Positions 60,110 to 64,000 of a stretch of DNA of 64,000 nt are shown here, in pieces; position 1 is the first letter of the stretch; each line of letters begins with the position of its first letter. Both the position numbers and the translations under genes were made by a program. Under the pieces are notes generated by a model. It had not been told where the DNA came from. It saw only the letters and a list, made by a program, of their open reading frames with translations, and did no database searches. The stretch is from the human T2T-CHM13v2.0 reference genome, Homo sapiens, in the NCBI RefSeq assembly GCF_009914755.1, contig NC_060937.1; one strand, 5' to 3'.

Positions 60110-60403
60110 TTTTGTTTTGTTTTGTTTTTTTGAGACAGAGTCTTACTCTGTCACCCAGGCTAGCATGATCTCAGCTCACTGCAACCTCCGCCTCCCAGGC
60201 TCAAGTAATTCTCCTGGCTCAGCCTCCCGAGTAGCTGGGATTATAGGCATGAGCCACCACACCTGGCTAATTTTTGCATTTTTAGTAGAGACGGGGTTTT
60301 GCTATGTTGGCCAGTCTGGTCTCAAACTCCTGGCCTCAAGTGATCTGCCCACCTCAGCCTCCCAAAGTGCTAGGATTACAGGCGTGAGCCACCACACTCA
60401 GCT
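60110..60403 (-). mobile_element. AluS-type element
   Basis: ctcctggcctcaagtgatctgcccacctcagcctcccaaagtgct. Confidence 0.88.
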
Positions 60404-61075
60404 ATCCCAATTGTTTTAATATTGTATATGAGGACGAATAAACAACAACAAAAAACTAAACACTTTAAAAACAAAGATCATGAAAAAGTTCTGGAAATGA
60501 ATGGTGGTATCAGTTGCATAACAGTGTAAATGTACTTAATGCCAATAAACTGTGCATCAAAAAATTGTTAAAATAGTAAATTTTATGTGTATTTTACCAC
60601 AATAAAAAAATGAAAATAAAAACAAAGATCAATAAAGAAAAATAAACTTAGACCACTGCTCTTGCCCATTTGCTCTGATGTAAGACTTAGGTAAGCAATA
60701 CTCATAGGGCACCTCTAACTCCTAAATTAGGTATCTTCCCACAGTGACAAATTATCTAATTCTTTCTTGAATGCAGCCACAAAGCTTCTACTAAGAGATA
60801 AGGATGCCCTACAGCACCTGTATGTCTCCGTCATCAATAAATGCTTGAATATTCTTCCTGACTATATTTAGGGGTCTAATTTTGCTTTCAAAGCTAATTT
60901 ATCTTTTGTGCTCAAATTCCATAAAATAACAAGTCTCTGCAATATAAAATGAAAATACAATTCCATTTTAATCTGAAAACCTCTACTGATTAAATGCAAC
61001 TATTTCCTACTGACTACCTCATATAAGCCTCTCACTTTTCAGTTCCACCGTATTAAGTCTGATTCACATCACCTA

Positions 61076-61345
61076 GACCAGCCCTTTCCAACAGAAACAT
61101 GATGCAAGCACTTAAGTAATTTTACAATTCCTTGTTGTAACATTAAAAAGAAAAAAAGATAAAGGTAAAATTAAAATACTGATAACATTATTTAACCCAG
61201 CATATCCAAAATCATTGTCCTCTCAACATATAATCTACATTTTAAAATTTGAGATATTTTACTTTCTTTTCATACTAAGTCTCTGAAATTCACTATGTAT
61301 TTTATATTTACAGCACACTTCAATTCAGACTACCCACATTTGACA
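61076..61345. mobile_element. MER3/MER33-type hAT MITE
   Basis: tttccaacagaaac...tttaacccagcatatccaaaat...tttacagcacacttcaattcagact. Confidence 0.65.
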
Positions 61346-62132
61346 GCACAGACCTTACATCAGCAGGGTTTCTCAATCATGGCTGCATATCAGAACCACT
61401 TTCCATTAATTCAGTAAGTGAACTTACTAGTTCCAGGGTCTGGAGGTAAACTGGTGAGCAAGACAGATCTCAGCATGTCTCTTTTCTCTATTGCTAAACT
61501 GTGAGTTTGGCACACAAGACCACTGATAATCTGGTCCTAATCTACTTCAGCCTTCATCTCACGTCCACGTTATCATTTTTATAACCTAGGCACACAGCTT
61601 CACAAGCTCCTCAAACACATTAGTCCTTTAAAACTCCTTACAGTTCTTGTGTTGGTTTTCTCTTCTTCCCTCCCCTCTGACACCGCGTCGATCCTTCAAC
61701 ACCAGTCCAAGTGTCATTTTCCCTGAAGAGGTCCCTGGTTCTCCAGGTAATTACTTACTCTCTCCATTGTGCATTTTGCTCGTATCTTTCTGACACACTA
61801 TCACATGCTACAGAATTACAAGTTATCCATTTATGAATTTGATAACCACAAGATCAAGGGTTACCAACCTCATAATTCAAACACACTGGAGTTGACATCA
61901 GTGACAGAGAAGAGGAGGAATTACAGCTAATTTGCTGAAAATCACACCCATTCTATCTTAGCTATGCCTATGTAATCTATTCCACAGTTGCCCTTACCTA
62001 ACATAGGCCTGATCTTCCTAGAGAAATTCATTACATGAAGATCAACAGTCATGTGTTGCAGCAAGAATGCACCATAAAAATGATCAGTATCTGTTACCTG
62101 TCAAATATAACACTAAAAATAATTAATACCTT

Positions 62133-62429
<297 letters not shown>

Positions 62430-63739
62430 TTAATATCCTGGTGTCCCAGGTTATTAACAGTTCTGTTTAAGTTTAGATAGTGTATTACCTAAAACCTGAT
62501 CACTGTTGAAATTTGTAACTCTATCCCTTAGGTATACACGATGCTCAGTGCCTTTGAGGGCTTTCTCATCTAGGGAAAGCAAGAATCAGGCTTTAAATTT
62601 CTTAACAAAATGCCAACTTTACTGTACTAACTTTATTTGATGAACATAAAAACCCTTATGATAAACAACACACTTACATTCAGTTAACTGTCAACAACCT
62701 AAATCTCCAAGGCTGATGTTCATCTTCTATAAGAGCCTAAAGACAATTTATATTAGAAAAAGCTAAGTGCCATTTCAATACCAGTATATACCATTTATTA
62801 CGCATGTGTCATCATGGAATAGTAAATCATTTACATGTATATTCTTCACAGCAACATGGACAGCCTGCATTTCCATTTTACGGATAAGGAGACAAGAAGA
62901 AGAGTTTAACAATTCCTAAAGTAATATGCTCTAAATATGGATTCCAGATGTTTGCTCCTTATACTAATAACAATTCATCTAGTAGTATGCTAGAGTCAGT
63001 CTGTACTGACTCATAAGAGCTGATTTAAATTTTTAGGAATTCTGGAAGCCACTGTTAAACACAGCCATGATTGAACAAATAAACTGTATTAAAAACAAAG
63101 ATAATAAGTACTCAGAACTCATAGTAAATTTTACTTCTGAGGTTATTTACATTTTGTGTGTCTGTTTATAATATACATAACGGGAACACTGTATACAATG
63201 TCACTTAGCATCTCTTCCCAACTATGCATCTGTCAGTGATGTCTTTGAAAGCTTGAAACTGACCATGGTGGGAGTATTTACATAAAAGAAGGGGCAAACC
63301 CTAGAAAGCATGGCTTTCTTTTTTTCAGAGTAGCGGTACATTTACTGGCAGACCGCTGAGGCATCTGTTATTCTGAATCAATAGGTTATTTCAAAATGTA
63401 ATACACACGCTTAGCCCCAACCCAGAAATTCTGATTCAGTAGATTAGGGGTGGAATATTGGCATGTGTATTTTGAAAAAGATCTTCCCTCAAAAGGAATG
63501 TTGATAAAAACCTCCAGCTGAGAACTATTTAAGATTTTTAAGACTGTATCACTGTATAACATTAGACATTAGAAAACTAAATACTTAAAACTGTATTGTA
63601 AGAAATAAGTTTCACAAATTATAATGCTGTCAGGGCTTTTTTACCATGGGTCAAAAACAGCTGCAGAAAACTTCTACATAATTTAAGTGATCAAGGAAGT
63701 TGTTGCTTCCTTGATTCAGTTACAATTCAGTAACTTTCA

Positions 63740-64000
63740 TAAAAAGACTATAATAGAGGACAACTGGATATCCACATGCAAAAGAATAAGGCTGAACCTT
63801 TACCACATCATAAATAAAAATTAGCTCAAAATGTATCAAAGGCTTAAATATAAGAGCTAAAACCAGAAAATGCTTCAAAGACAACATAGACGTAAATCTT
63901 TGTGACCCTGGACTAAACAATAGTTTCTTAGATGACACCAAAAGCACAAACAAGCAACAATAATAACAAAAAAAACAAAAACAGGTAAGTCAGATTTCAT
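63740..64000 (+). mobile_element. L1M ORF2 fragment, runs off the window
   Basis: gacaactggatatccacatgcaaaagaat...gacaccaaaagcacaa. Confidence 0.8.

Overview
AT-rich, repeat-dense primate (most likely human) genomic DNA from inside the ZC3H13 gene, an m6A-writer complex scaffold, transcribed on the minus strand. Seven internal coding exons were reconstructed by hand (43835-43943, 34801-34940, 33734-33891, 26525-26722, 12173-12483, 8683-9147, 3198-3389). All have GT-AG boundaries and compatible phases, and they join into one open frame of SP-rich and RD/RE-rich low-complexity protein. The gene start and end lie outside the window. The rest is intron filled with Alu, L1, L2/MIR, MaLR/ERV LTR and DNA-transposon relics, including a near full-length Tigger1 and a piggyBac-derived MER85. 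There are no prokaryotic features or CRISPR arrays, and I see no convincing wholly new biological system. The most notable observations are a polyadenylated LTR8 retrocopy sharing a triplicated target site with an Alu, a 5'-inverted Alu, a twin-primed L1, a pristine AluYc1-like insertion, two candidate stop-introducing cryptic exons in one intron, and several local duplications. Repeat subfamily names come from recalled consensus sequences, and boundaries of old repeats are approximate.
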